The translations under genes and the position numbers were made by a program. The notes beneath the pieces were generated by a model, which had not been told where the DNA came from, did not search any database, and worked only from the letters and a program-made list of their open reading frames with translations. DNA of 64,000 nt from Isurus oxyrinchus (taxonomy: Eukaryota): positions 156,612,001 through 156,676,000 of the forward strand of contig JANJGN010000001.1 of assembly GCA_026770705.1 (NCBI GenBank). Direction: 5' to 3'. Positions 37,290 to 50,365 of this stretch are shown here, piece after piece (the stretch's first letter is position 1; each line of letters starts with the position of its first letter).

Positions 37290-37833
37290 GGACTTTTTTT
37301 TGTTGTATTTTATATTGTTAATCTTAGTGGATGTAACAGTTAATGCTCACTACATGCCCATTTAAAATCCAAGCAGTATATCAGAAATAGCAAAGGGATA
37401 AAGACTGCTTGAGCAACTGGCAACTAAAAGCTGTTGGGTTTCATGTTGTTTGTACAACCTCAATTGGAAGTGGTGGGGGTCACTGTTCCACCAAATGAAC
37501 TAACCAGACAGGCAAAAACAGTCCTTTAGGTGATTTAGTTGTCTGTAATTTGAATTTGTGCTTGTTTCTGCTAATCATCTTAACCTTCAAACATCTATTT
37601 TAAACACTTCCAGGCCTAAGTAGCATCACATGCAATAAGTTTTTACTGTGTTGATTGGTTGCTTCACCCCTAATCCACCACCTTGCTTGCTATGGAGAAG
37701 ATTGCGGCATAAATTTGCCACTAGACGATTGAGGAGCACAATATTCTGATTTATAGAATTTGTCATCAAAATTTCCATTTCAGTGATTTCCCAGTCCTGA
37801 TTTTAGCAACTTGCAGTCAACATTTTAGTAATT

Positions 37834-37905
37834 TAAAACAAAAACAGAATTACCTGGAAAAACTCAGCAGGTCTGGCAGCATCGGCGGAGAAGAAAAGAG
37901 TTGAC
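37834..37905. mobile_element. Penelope-derived terminal fragment
   Basis: aaaacagaattacctggaaaaactcagcaggtctggcagcatc, the same motif as 20790 and 27789. Confidence 0.7.
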
Positions 37906-38194
37906 TTTTAGTTGTTTCTCACTGCTACGTGTCAATGGAACTGGAAGAAGTTCCTCCTGACACTCAGTATAGCTGGAATAAAACATCACCTTAAGACACA
38001 AATGTGTGCCCACTTATGAACTAGTTCTTAAACCCGTTGTGAAGAATATGTAAAACAGAAATCTTTCAAGCAGAGCACAAATAGGATAACCAATTCAGTT
38101 CCGCATCCCTGTATTAGGATTTTCAAAACCAAAATCCTTAACCTCTGACCAGCTATAACAACAAAAGATGAATCCAGGCCTTGAAAGGTATTAC

Positions 38195-39270
38195 GGGGGT
38201 GGATTTTTGATTCCTAATGAAAGCGTGAATCAGGTCGTGAAACGCTGAACTTAGTTTTTTTTTGCTGGAAAAATAACTTTCTTCTGCCTTCCACACCATT
38301 TTCGTGCAGCCTATTCATGGGTTGTGAAGGCCTTGGGCACAAAACACACATGTTGCTTCTTCCGAGGTTGGGGTCTCATTATGAGAATCACAGGAAAAAT
38401 GCATTTCCTCCTGCAAATAATTTTTGTGTGCTACTATGGGTTTTGGAAGCCCTAAAAACACATCTCCTTGGAGAGTTCATGGCCACTGGTGCAAGCCTGC
38501 TGAGGTGTCGTGAGCAATCTGAAAGGCAAGTGTAAAATGTTTGGAAACCTTCAAATGTCACTATTAGATGCTGCACTGTAATGTACACGTGCCTCTAATG
38601 CAGTGATTCATCTTAGGCATCTGTCCTGCAAAGGCAAGTTGGCCTTTACATTGACCACCATTGTGTAAGTGTTGGCATGCATTACAGTACTGTCTCCATC
38701 GAAGAAAGTATCATAATGCATTAAAAAATGTATAAAGGAAAAGTCCTGTCAGCCTCTGCTGTCATGTTTTGTGCTGTCATGATTTAAATTGACTGACAGC
38801 TCTAGCTGTTCCAAAAAGGACCCTGCTTTTGAAAGTTGGCTGGCATAGGCAATCTGAGGGAGCACGGGGTGACATGGAGGTGGTAGGGGTGGGGGGTAAT
38901 GGCATGACATGGGTGCTCTAAGAGGTCATGAGGTGGCATGGAGGGTGGATGGGGTGAGGGGTGAGGTTTAAGGGGCCTTTAAATTATGTTGGCAGCTAAG
39001 CTGCTGTGTTGGAGAAATGAGGTAGGCCTTCTTACCAGCCCGTCTCTGCATCTACACACCTCACGCACTCCATTATGGCTCGCAAAATGGACTGTGAACC
39101 CGGTGCCTGTGTGAAAGACAATTCCTCGGCAAAGTCACATGAGGGCAGGATTTTCCGTCCCGGGACCAGAAATTCCTGCCTGAAGCCAAATGACCTTTGG
39201 CTGGTCCGTTAAAATTTGCGTCCCACCCATGACCATTCCCACCGTAGGCAGGGCCGGAAAATCCCGGGTT
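38195..39270. mobile_element. Old Harbinger-like non-autonomous element
   Basis: Starts gggggtggatttt, ends ggaaaatcccgg; G-rich interior like related elements. Confidence 0.45.
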
Positions 39271-41203
39271 CATGTGTGCATCTTGGAAGGCCAGCAGATG
39301 TCACCATATCTGCAGTTCAGGTGTGTGACTTACAGGTTTACAGGGAATGTTTTAGTGTTTCATTTCCTATAATAAAAGGATATATATTTTTAGAAATATA
39401 TTTTGCATACCACTTTTTTCAGTAAAACCCTCCTCTAACATACAAATTTAATAAATTATACTTGGATTACTTATCTGTCAATTTAAACCTTTCTCCCATT
39501 TCTTTAAATTACTAGCTGCACAATGCAAGCTTCTTTACATCCATATGTTTGGGGAAGTGAATTTTTTCAATACTTAACCTTTTGAGCTCATCAAACTAAT
39601 TGCAGCTTTAAATAGCTGTCTGCTTTAATGATAAAGAAGTTCTGTTAGAGAAAAGAGCCGAGACCTTCTCAGTGGATAAGTTAACTGTATCTTGTTATTC
39701 ATTCTTTTTTTTTTATTAAATCAGTGATTATCGCACTCTGGAAGATGAAACAAAACATGCTATTTAAGTCTGTCAGATCTTTTATAGATCTCCAAGTGCA
39801 GTAATAAAGTCAAGGAATGTGATTGTTTTAATAAAGTAAGCATACTTAGTTTGAGAAGGGAATTAAAGTCCAGTTCTGAAGGAATTCGTCTGATTCCGTT
39901 CCTGTCTCACCTCTCAGAATGGTTCTCAGGTGGTTCTTATTCATCTCCCCTGGGTTCACCCTTGTTTAACTAATGAAGTTACTGTGAGCACAGAGGAGGA
40001 ATTTTCATAAAAGCATGAGAAATAGGAGCAGGACTAGGCCATACAGTCCCACAAGCCTGCTCTGCCATTCAGTACAATCACTTCCAGCTTAATTGCTCCT
40101 ATTTCAACTCCTCTTTCCTGCTCTATCCCCACATCCCTTTATTCTCATTATGTCCAAAAATCCATCAATTTCATTCCTAAATATACTCACTAACTGAACA
40201 TCCACAGCCCTCCGGGTCAGTGAATCTCAAAGAATCACAACCCACCGAGCGAAGAAGTTCCTGCTCTTTTCAATTATCCTGAGCCTATGACTCCAAGTTC
40301 CAACTCTCCAACCACGGGAAATAGCCTCTCAGTATCTATCCTGTCAAATTATCTCAGAATTTCATATGTTTCAATAATATCATCTCTCATTCTGCTAAAT
40401 TCCAGAGAATATACTATTCTACTGAATGTCTTCTCATAGGACAATCCTCTCGCCCCCAGGAATTAATTCAGAGAAAGTTTGTTGCTGCCTTTGTAAGGCA
40501 GCTAAATCCTTCCTTAGGCAAGGAGATGAAAACAATTGTGGTTTCAGCAAAGTCCTATGTAATTGAAGCCAACCTTCCTTACTCTTAAACACCAGCTCCC
40601 TTGCAATAAAGACAAACATAAACATTTTCTTTCTGAAGTCCCTGCTTTACCTACATGTTAACTTTATAGGGTTGAATTTTATGTGGGGGGTGGTGGTGGG
40701 GGGATGGACTTTAATTAGATTGAGATGGAATTTTACCTCCATCTGAGAAGTAATTCCACCTCTGAGAGCTGCCAACCAATCAAATGGCCAGCAGCTCTTT
40801 TGTCCCAGCAGTGCCGCCAGAAGCAGTGGCCACTATTGGGACTACAGTAAGGGGGAGGGGGGATAGTAGTGGACAGGGCAATGGGGTAGGGGAAACACTG
40901 AGGCTGGAAACCTAGGGGAAGGTGCCTCCGATGGGCACTGGGTGACCAAACAGGTGCTCTAGCGATGAACGTGCGAGGACACCCAAATCCCTCTCCATAT
41001 CAACAATTCAATATTTATTGGTCTCCTACCTTTTAAAATATATTTTTCTCTTCTTCTCATCAAAATGGGTAATTTCACATTTCACAAATTATACCCTTCT
41101 CGCCACTTTCTTACCCTTTTAATTAACCTGTCCAAATCTCTTTGCAGTCTCTTTGTTACCTCACAGCTCACTCTAGCTTTGTATTGTCAGTAAAATATTG
41201 TGA

Positions 41204-41340
41204 AAGGAAAATACTGCAGATGCTGGAGTTCTGAAGTTTGATGACTGGTCACTGACCTGAAATGCTAACTCTGTATCTCTCATCACAGATGCTTCCTTAC
41301 ATGCTGAATATTTCCAGCATTTTTGGTTTTTAGTTTAGAT
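41204..41340 (+). mobile_element. Penelope-derived element with degenerate hammerhead-like motif
   Basis: TTGATGA-ct-GGTC-act-GACC-t-GAAA at 41238-41262, inside inverted arms gatgctgga / tccagcat. Confidence 0.6.
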
Positions 41341-41409
41341 ATGTTGCACGCAGTTCTGTATCTAAGTCATTGATATGAGCTATCAGTAGTTGAGGCTCAA
41401 ATATTGTTT

Positions 41410-41551
41410 CCTCCCAAACAGCACTGTATGTGAACCTACACCATGTGGGCCACAATGCCACCACCACCACCTTCTCGAGGGCATTTAGAAATGGGCAATA
41501 ACAATGCTGGCCTAGCCAGCAATGCCCACATCCTGTGAAAGAATAAAAAAA
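41410..41551 (+). mobile_element. 3' tail of the single-ORF LINE
   Basis: caccaccttctcgagggc..gctggcctagccagcaatgcccacatcc..gaataaaaaa. Confidence 0.85.
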
Positions 41552-42636
41552 TCTTAATTAGTTACAACCTGTCAAAGATCTATTTATTCCTATTCCCTGT
41601 TTTCTGTTTGTTAACTAATCCTCAATCCAAATTGATATATTACCCCCAACTTCATGATTCAAAATCTTGCGTAACAACCTCGTGTGGTGCCTCATTGAAT
41701 CTGCTTTGAAAACAATAAGCAAAATAATTTGTTCTTTACACTATTTGCCTATGATGTGTAGAGTAATGCATCAAAGGCATTATTATGCTCATTGGTGATG
41801 TCCCAGACCTCAATACTATCAAGTAGTACACTGGGCATGAAGTGTACCAATTCAAGAGCAGCATTTTTTCCTGCCTGCACCTCATCTCTGTACTGTCAAA
41901 GGGACAGGCCTGTGGACTGCAAACTTAAAAGCTGGTCCTGACACTCCAAAAGTCTTTGTTCTTATTTATGATCACTCGAGACTCAACAAGAACAATTTCC
42001 TTCTTAAAAAAATGTGGGTAACCAATGGAATGTACCTACACCCTTTGCTGTTTAAGCTCTTCAGTGGGCTGTAAAAAACAGAAATTTGGTTTTTAGAAGA
42101 AGAAAATTTACATGTAGATGCACCTCTACTATTTAAGATTTATGCCAGACATAGAGGGAAGTACATTAGGCTTGCTCACTCCATTTCTTTAGGCACCATG
42201 AGTGCCCTAAAATCTACAAAATGGCATCTGTGGTGCGCCTGCATACTGGTGGAACAAACCGTGATGGATGTTTTATTGATGCAGAGGTTCACGCACCTAA
42301 TACATGACTGTCAGAAGTGTAGAGCAAATACGTCATGACATTGATCGGCATACAACATTGATTTAATACCAGCAGTGCCACCTTGAAGCTCTACGCACCA
42401 GCTAACATATTCAGCAGCAGGAAGGACCTCGCACCAGTGCTATTTAAAGAATCATCAATTATTTAGCTGCTGGTGTTTCTTCTGATAGTTGTTGTGATTG
42501 TACAAGTGTTTCATGTTTTTTTTTATCATTGCTTCAAGTTGTTAAAGTCTATAGGAAGTGGTGTAGGACTTTTAGCTGATTTCAAGGCTTCTGCACAAAT
42601 GAGCTGCTCCCAGTTATTCTCCTTACAACATCTTTT

Positions 42637-43390
42637 AGAAACATAAGAAATAAGAACAGGAGTAGACCATTTGGCCCCTCGAGCCTGCTTCGCCATTCAA
42701 TAATATTGCGGCTGGTCAGCCTATGTTTTGAATTCCACATTCCCACCTACACCCAATAACCTTTGATTCCTTTGCCTAACAAGAATCTATCTACTTCTGC
42801 CTTAAAAATATACAATGATCCCACCTCCACTGCCTTCGGTGGCAGAGAATTCCAAATTCGTACAACCTTCTGAGAGAAAATAATTCTCCTCATCTCTGTC
42901 CTGAAAGGCCGACCCCCTAATTTTAAAACTGCCCCCTAGTTCTGGACTCATTCACAAGAGGAAACCTTTTTTTCCACGTCCACCTTGTCAAGGCCATTCA
43001 GGATCTTGTACACTTCAGTCAAATCACCCCTCGCTCTTCTATACTCCACTGGAAACAAGCCCAGTCTGTCCAACCTTTCATCATAAGACAATCCATTCAT
43101 TGCAGCTAGTAAATCTAGTAAATCTAGTAAACCTCCTCTGAACCACCTCCAATGCATTTACATCCTTCCTTCAATAAGGAGACCTGCATACTAACTTTTT
43201 TGACTCATATGCTAGAACACCGAGATTCCTTTGCATCTCATATTTATGCAGTCCTTTTCCATTTAAGTAGGACTCTGCTTTTTTGTTCTTCTTGCCAAAG
43301 TGAACAACTCTACATTTTCCCACATTAAACTCCATTTGCCAGATCTTTGTCCACTCACTCAACCCATCTATATCCATCTGCAGCCTCCTT
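42637..43390 (-). mobile_element. CR1/HER1 3' portion
   Basis: ORFs 42948 (LSYDERLDRLGLF..RGDLTEVYKI) and 43171 (WQMEFNVGKC); CR1 tail at 42637. Confidence 0.9.
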
Positions 43391-43454
43391 TGGAGAATGA
43401 ACAGTGGCTATGCCGAGCAGGTTAAGTTGCCACAAGAGGAAAGAGGAAGAGAGG

Positions 43455-44050
43455 CTACAGGACCAGGTCAGAAGCTAGGAATTTTGTGGTGATTAATTCA
43501 CCTACTTACTCCCCAAAGCCTGTCAATCATCTACAAGGCACAAGTCAGGAGTCTGATGGAATACTGTCCACTTGCCTGGATGAATACAGCTCCAACAATG
43601 CTCAAGAAGCTCAACACCATCCAGAACAAAGCAGCCCACTTGATTAGCACCCCATCCACCACCTTAAACATTCAATCCCTCCACCACAATGCACAGTGGC
43701 AGCAGCATGTACCAACTATAAGACACACTGCAGTAAATCACCATGGCTCCTTCAACAGCATCTTCTAAACTCACAATCTTGGCCATCTAGAAGGACAAGG
43801 GAACATCTGCAAAGTTCCCCTCCAAGTCACTCACCATCCTGACTTGGAAATATATCATTTCCTTCATTGTCACTGGGTCAAAATCCTGGAGCTCCCTTCC
43901 TCACAGCATTGTGGGCATACCTACGCCACATGGACTGCAACGTTTCAAGATGGTGGCTCACCACTACCTTCTCAAGGGAAATTAGGGATGGGCATTAAAT
44001 ACTGGCCTAGCCAGTGATGCCCACACACTCCATGAAAGAATAAAAAATAA
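43455..44050 (+). mobile_element. 3' portion of the single-ORF LINE
   Basis: MEYCPLAWM..LKKLNTIQNKAA; 3' tail and A-rich end. Confidence 0.9.
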
Positions 44051-44058
44051 GAGGGAAA

Positions 44059-44257
44059 ATGGCTCTTGCTGGGAGGGCATATCCAACTAAGGTGCCAAGG
44101 GGGCAATTCTACAACCTGAGCCTAAATGAGGAACAGCGTGTAAGATGTCTGCGCTTCAATAAGGACATCCTCACTGAAATTTGCCACCTGCTGCAGCAAC
44201 AACTGCAAACTCAGAGCATGGTAAGGATGGCGTTGGCTGTGGCTGTGAAGGTGACCA
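44059..44257 (+). pseudogene. Harbinger nuclease N-terminal remnant
   Basis: LNEEQRVRCLRFNKDILTEICHLL..ALAVAVKVT resembles the HARBI1/Harbinger N-terminal region. Confidence 0.75.
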
Positions 44258-44329
44258 GGGCGGCTAGTAGTAGGTGATTGCTGGGGTGTTGTGATTTATG
44301 TTGCTGAAGATAGTGATACACTCCCGCTC

Positions 44330-44588
44330 TTTGATCACTCATGTGAGATCTTTGAATTTCTTACAGCACTGCATTCAGGTCCTCGGGGCCAGACTCCTAG
44401 CACTGGTCTTCTTGGCTGTCAACCCACACTGTATTTTGGATGTGTGTTTGGAGGGTCTCTTTCCCCGCCTCCTACAGATATAGGACAACTCTCCTCCCTT
44501 CAAGCCCCTCTACCAACATCTCCAACACTGAACCTGTGAACCTTGGATCCCATTCTGTCCCTCTTGTACCACTCTTCACTCTTTCCAT
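44330..44588 (-). pseudogene. Harbinger Myb/SANT-like DNA-binding gene, exon 1 remnant
   Basis: Minus strand MERVKSG..PRFTGSVLEMLVEGLEGRRVVLY*..(fs) SARSLAPRT*MQCCKKFKDL. Confidence 0.7.
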
Positions 44589-45194
44589 GGTCCGAAGCTC
44601 TTCAAACATGATTCACGGATCCTGCTCCAGCCACAATCCACCTCCTCTATCTTGAAGCGTTATTGGTTAGCTATAGATATTGGCCCATGTTAATGCTTTC
44701 AGTCAGTTAACAACATGGTTAATGCAGGATGGACACAAGATCATTCACATGAGCAGACAGCATGAAGTAGGTATGCTACCTGCATTGCAAAGGTGAGGGT
44801 TAATCTCATATCATGAACCCTGCATTTTCAAGTACTATCAAAGTTAGCCCCCTTAGAACTAAACTTTTGCATCCATTGAGGCATAACTGACTAATGTTTC
44901 TAAGGTAAACCACACGATCAATGGAGACTAGTGTTGACCATTGTTAAGCAATTCCTCATAAGGACTGAAGGTCTGCAACATTTATAAATAACTGGTTAGT
45001 TGTATTGTCATTAGGGACAATTGCAAAATAACACATTCAACAAAAACAAGACTGATTTTTATTAAAACTCATTGTAAATAAGTAGGATTACTCAGTCAGA
45101 TAATTCAACTAGTTACAAATTATTTTTTCAAACAAGCAAAGTTTGCGGGTTGATGTTTACAGAGGACAGTTGTACATCCAACAACATGTACATA

Positions 45195-47638
45195 TATAAC
45201 TACAGGTGATTAAAGATTAAGTCTCTGAAATGGTAAAGACTGTACCATTATCATAAACAATGATTTCTAATAGGCCATGTATACTAAAACAATGACACAG
45301 ATCTCTGATAGTTGCACTCAATGTTGGTGATCTGACTTCATATATATCCATCCATTTAGGATGTGCATCAACAATCAACAAAATCTCGCTGCCTAAGAAT
45401 GGTGCTACATAATCAATGTGTAGTCTAACCCAGGGTCAATCTGGCCATCCCACGGATGTAGGGGAGCTGAAATAGGCAACTTTTGCTGTTGCTGACAATG
45501 GAGACAGTGCTTGACCATGCTTTCAATGTCACTGTCAATGCCTGGCCACTGGACATGACTTTGCACAAGCATTTTCATTTTTGATATGCCTGGGTGCGCA
45601 CTGTGAAGCTCTGTCAAGAGTGGTTCTTTTCCTTGTGAAGGGATGACAACTCTTGATATCCACAAGAAGATTCCACCTAACAACCTAACTCTGTTTTTTG
45701 GGTAGAGAATGGTCTCATCTCTTCAGGTACAGACGAACTTGACCACCATTGCAAAACAAGGTCTCTGACTTCCGACAAAATTGGATCTCTGTTCGTCCAA
45801 CTTCTAATTTGCTTCACACACACAGGCAAAGAGTCCAAGAAATTCAGTACAAGCACAACATCTTGTGTCACTGGAGCATATACAATGCTATCTGGTAACG
45901 GGAGACGAATGAGCGTGTCTGCAATTGCAATATGTAAGCCAGGACGGTGCATAAAGGTATACTCATACACAGGTAATATCAAAGCACAATGTTGAATACT
46001 GATGCTATTGGCGGAATGGCCCTATCCTCACTGAATAAACCATTAAGGGTTTGTGGTCTGACATAATGGTGAAATATGTAGGTACTGGTGGAATTGCTTC
46101 ACTCCAAATACCACTGATAAACCTTCTTTTTCTAGCTGGGAGTAGCCCTTCACGGCTGTGGAGAGGGTTCTCGAGACAAGCCAATAGGCCTTTCTGATCC
46201 ATATTCCATTCTATGTGATAACCATAGCTCCCACACCTTAAGGAGAAGCATCACATGTTAATACCAATTCTTCCAATGGGTTGTAGTGTACCAATAAACA
46301 CAACAAATACCGTATTTTTCTTTACTTTCACAAAGGCTTCTTCCTGTTCTGAATTCCATGACCAACAATGATTATTTTTTAACAACATGTAATGGTGCTA
46401 ACACAGTTGATAAGAAGCGACTAGAGAAGTTGCTCATACCCAGGAAGGTCTCAGGTTCAGTTACATTGAACAGTGAGGGAGCACCTTTTACTGCCCTAAC
46501 TTTCTCTTCTCCTGGATGCAAACCCCATGGCGTCCACCCTGTGACCCAGGTTAGTAACTTCTGGTGCTTGGAATGTACATTTTTCTTTCTTTAATCATAT
46601 GTTGGCTTCCATGAATTTTCTTAGGATTGTCAAGTGTTCGGTCTCGGTTGACCCTGTGATCAGAACATCATCTAGCTATACTACCACTCTGGGAAGTCCT
46701 TGCAAAAGACTTTCCATTGTCCTTTGGAAGATTGTACATGCTACGATACTCCAAAGGATAGGTGAGTACATTGATAAAGACCCTTGTGTGTGTTGACAGT
46801 CAAGTGTTCTCTAGACATGCCATCCAGCTCCAATTGTTGGTTAAGCATGACTCATATCCAGTTTTGTATAGGATTTGCCTCCAGCTAGCTTTGGATATAA
46901 GTTATCTATCCTTGGAATGGGGAACTTATCTAGTCTGGCTGCCTTGCTATGGTCAATTCATAATCCCCACAAATGCGTATAGTTTCATCAGGCTTAACCA
47001 CTAGTACTATGGGGGCTGCCCATTCCAAGAATTGGACAGCTTGGATGATGTTCAGCTTTTCTAACTGGCACAGTTCTGCATCCACCTTCTCCTTTAAAGC
47101 ATAAGACACAGCCCTGGCCTTAAAGAAACTTGGTGTCGCCTGAGGGTCCACACATATTTTTGCTTGCAAGCCTTTCAACTTCCCTGATTTGTCTTGAAAT
47201 ATACTGTTGTGTTTCCTTAGCAGTTCAGGAACTCCACCTATTCTCAGGTGAAGTATTTCACACCAGTCAAGCTTGATCTTTTGCAACCTGTCTCAGCCCA
47301 GAAGACTAAGTCTTTTTCCTGTCACTATTATCACTGGAAGCTGGGCTGTCTGCTGCCTCTAAGACACTGGTACTGTGGAGATGCCTTTTATCTAAATAAA
47401 TTCTCCAGTGTATGCCTTCAATTTAGCAGTTGTTGGCTCCAGATTAAGTGTCTGGGTCCCTCCATTTAGGTATTTAAATGTGTGCTTTCCCACCACTGTG
47501 GCTGAGGCTCCCGTAACTATGATTATTATTAATGCCTTCCCTTTAATTTGGACTGTGACAGTGGTAGGTTCGGTTTTTACAGCAGTGACGTTATACAGGG
47601 AATAGATGTCGATGTTGGCAGTTCTACCCTTGTCACCA
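45195..47638 (-). mobile_element. Decayed Gypsy LTR retrotransposon pol (PR-RT-RH-IN)
   Basis: PR-like IVTGASATVV; RT WAAPIVLVVKPDETIRICGDY; RNase H CDASP and SDHKPL; IN LHSAHPGISKMK..WPGIDSDIE..CLHCQ; PBS-like TGGTGACAAGGGT at 47626-47638. Confidence 0.92.
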
Positions 47639-47639
47639 A

Positions 47640-47850
47640 ATGGAATGACTCGATGGACCGGACAGGTTTCAACAAGAAACAGATAGACTTTATTACAGAG
47701 AGCTTTTCAGATGCTACATGATCAATCAGTACACTCATCAGGAAGCCCCGCCCCTCCCTGGATTACCACCACTTGTGGCTCATTGATTGGAGCCTCCACA
47801 AACATCACATGACCCCTAAGAGACAGCAGGAGAGACTATACCTTCAGTAA
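47640..47850 (-). mobile_element. Probable 5' LTR of the Gypsy element
   Basis: Adjacent to the PBS; AATAAA on the minus strand (tttatt at 47689). Confidence 0.5.
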
Positions 47851-47869
47851 CCACTCTGTATTTAAATAA

Positions 47870-48240
47870 GAAGATACTGGGCTGCTGAGGACGTGTGTTG
47901 CAAGTTCCATCTCCTGCTAATGCTGAGTTAGTTGATTTTAGTCAATCGTTGATAGGAGAATTGCATTTGGCCTCAGTACCCCAAATTAATAGTGAGGAAA
48001 ATTAGCCAAGATTCTTACACTCCAATCACTTGTGATAATTGCTGGAGGACATGTCCCTTAATGTTGAATGGGAATATAATTGGCACTCAGTTGAGCTGCC
48101 CTCATGGTAAACCTTTGCCTCAAGTCCCACACAATGGCCAGTGGGCATTTCGGAAAAATACTGGAGGGCGACTTGGAATAGTACCTTAGTAAAAAGTGTC
48201 AGCGTATTTAGGAGAAAGAGAAGGAAGGAAATTGGTGATG
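47870..48240 (+). mobile_element. Ancient SINE-like repeat (same family as 17600)
   Basis: gctgagttagttga..ttggcctcagtaccc..aaattagcca shared motifs. Confidence 0.5.
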
Positions 48241-50365
48241 TTAGAGAGGAATGTGTGATTATCACCCAATGCACTGAATTTTAAAAAATGCTAATTAAAG
48301 TTTCTGTCAATGTTGCAGCAAAGTTACAGCATAAGGTTGGGAGAAATCCCCATGGATATTCTAGACACAGATTTTTCTCAGGGAGTTTGGATTCAGATAG
48401 CAGACTTCCAGAAATTTCTCTGCCTTTAGAATGACAAACTGTCACCACCAATGGGTAATCATAATAAATTGAATCCAGGAAGCACGGGTCACTCCTGAAA
48501 CTATCAGGCCGATTTGGAACAGCCCAAAGTTAATTGACTGCAGATTTCATGTTACACATTTGGGTTTCTTCTTTTGCTGATAAGAAGAATTAACAAAAAA
48601 GGTACAGCTAGTCCTAATGGGACTTGGCTATGGTATCAGCTGACATATTCCCCATTTCCTGTTTGATTTTGTTCTTGGGTCTTTCCTAGTTGTTTAATAT
48701 GTTCCCTGCTGATCATTTGTTCCCTTTATTACTTTGACAGTGATGGTTTCCTTTGCCTAATCTTTTCCCCTGTTCTGATTTGTTTTGGTTCATCCATTAG
48801 CTATTTAGCTCCTGCTCAATTAAATGGATTTAAATTCCACCAAGATTTAGACAAGCACCTCCCAAAAAAAGATTTGACCCTCTGCAGATTTTCAGAAATG
48901 TTTGAACCCACGCATTATCCCTTGCTTAGCGAGAGACAATTTGCCCAAAACTCAAACCATGATCTCAAGTCATCAAGAAGCTGTTTTTCTGCTGGATGAT
49001 GATAGCCATTGTTATTTTGCTATAGTTTTGAGATGGAAGCAGCAGCTGTGAACAATGAGCAACATGCTGCATTCCATAAAATCATATTAATGGCAATAAC
49101 GCTGGAGAAATGTCGTAGCATCCGGTTGTTATCAGGTGATCGCAGCTGAGCACAGTATTCTGATTAGATCAGACCAAGCCTTTCACAGCAACTCCAAAAC
49201 TTCAGACTGTGTCCAGAACATTTTGTATCTCTTTGCAACTAAACAATAGGTTAACAGTTTCATAGATTTTTATTTTGTTATAACCCCTAGATCGCTTCTC
49301 TGATCAGCACCTATCAAACGAACAATTACTTATTCATTTCCACAATAATTGTTTTAAACTTGTCCAAAATTAGTTATTTTCCAGGAACCAATCAACGTTA
49401 CTTTTTTAGTTATCCCTGAGGTAACGTCTTACAAAGGTTTTTCCAGATTCTTCCAGTAGAATGTGCAATCATTCCCCACATTCGTACTCCACAACCTTCC
49501 TCCCCTTGTTCTGACTAATTGTGAGCAATGGCATAGGATACTTGAATGGGATCTTGCTATGTACAAATAGTAACTTTGTAACTTTGGTTATTTTTGGCCA
49601 TGATCTTCAAAAATCTTGCCTAATTAGTTATGTCTCCTTTTGCTGAATCCATACTGATTTGATCTCAAGATTGTTCCAAAGCTTTTCTCTAAAACAGATA
49701 TTAAACTGAATAAATTATACTTTCCAGGTACATATTTAATTTGTTTCTTTTTAAAACAATGGAATGGGATTAGTCATCTTTCAATCCTCAGGAGTCTCTG
49801 CTGAATTTAGCAGATTTGGTGAAATGATCTTGGTGCCATTTGTCTGGGACCAGGTATTGTTTCATTTTTAAGTTCTTTGAGGCGCCATCAAGCCTTGTTG
49901 GGCAGGAGCATGGATGATTGATATGACGGGAACAATATAGGATCCACTGTCTGATCTTTCAATCCAATTTGTCTGCATAGCAGAAATCTTGCACTGTAAA
50001 ATTTACCTCTGATTCTTTATAACAGAATTATTTTCCTGTCTAAGTCTTGGTCTGCCATATCATGGAAATTTGATATAAGACTTAGACACTTTGGGCAGAA
50101 CCTTCCCAGGTTTGCACAAAGTGCGGCAGCAGGTGGGAAAAAGGTTGCTTTACCCATCGGTTGCAATGGTGGCTTTTCAAACCATATTGTCCCATTCCTG
50201 GTGCTTCCCACCTCATTAATAATGCATTCACGGGAAACATGCAAGATTGCATGTAGGCTTGGATTAATAATAATAGGCTTGGATTTGCCTGCCATGCCGA
50301 AACATCTGCACTTCCTTGCTCCAGGCACGATATTTAAAGTGCACCAGAGCACATGCCTACTTCAT

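Larger units (their letters stand above)
40012..41705 (-). mobile_element. Decayed CR1, split by a MITE (~40668-40990), a Penelope palindrome and a LINE tail
   Basis: CR1 tail gaaataggagcagg..gcctgctctgccattc; ORF 40434 FIARELVFKSKE..LQLHRTL. Confidence 0.75.
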
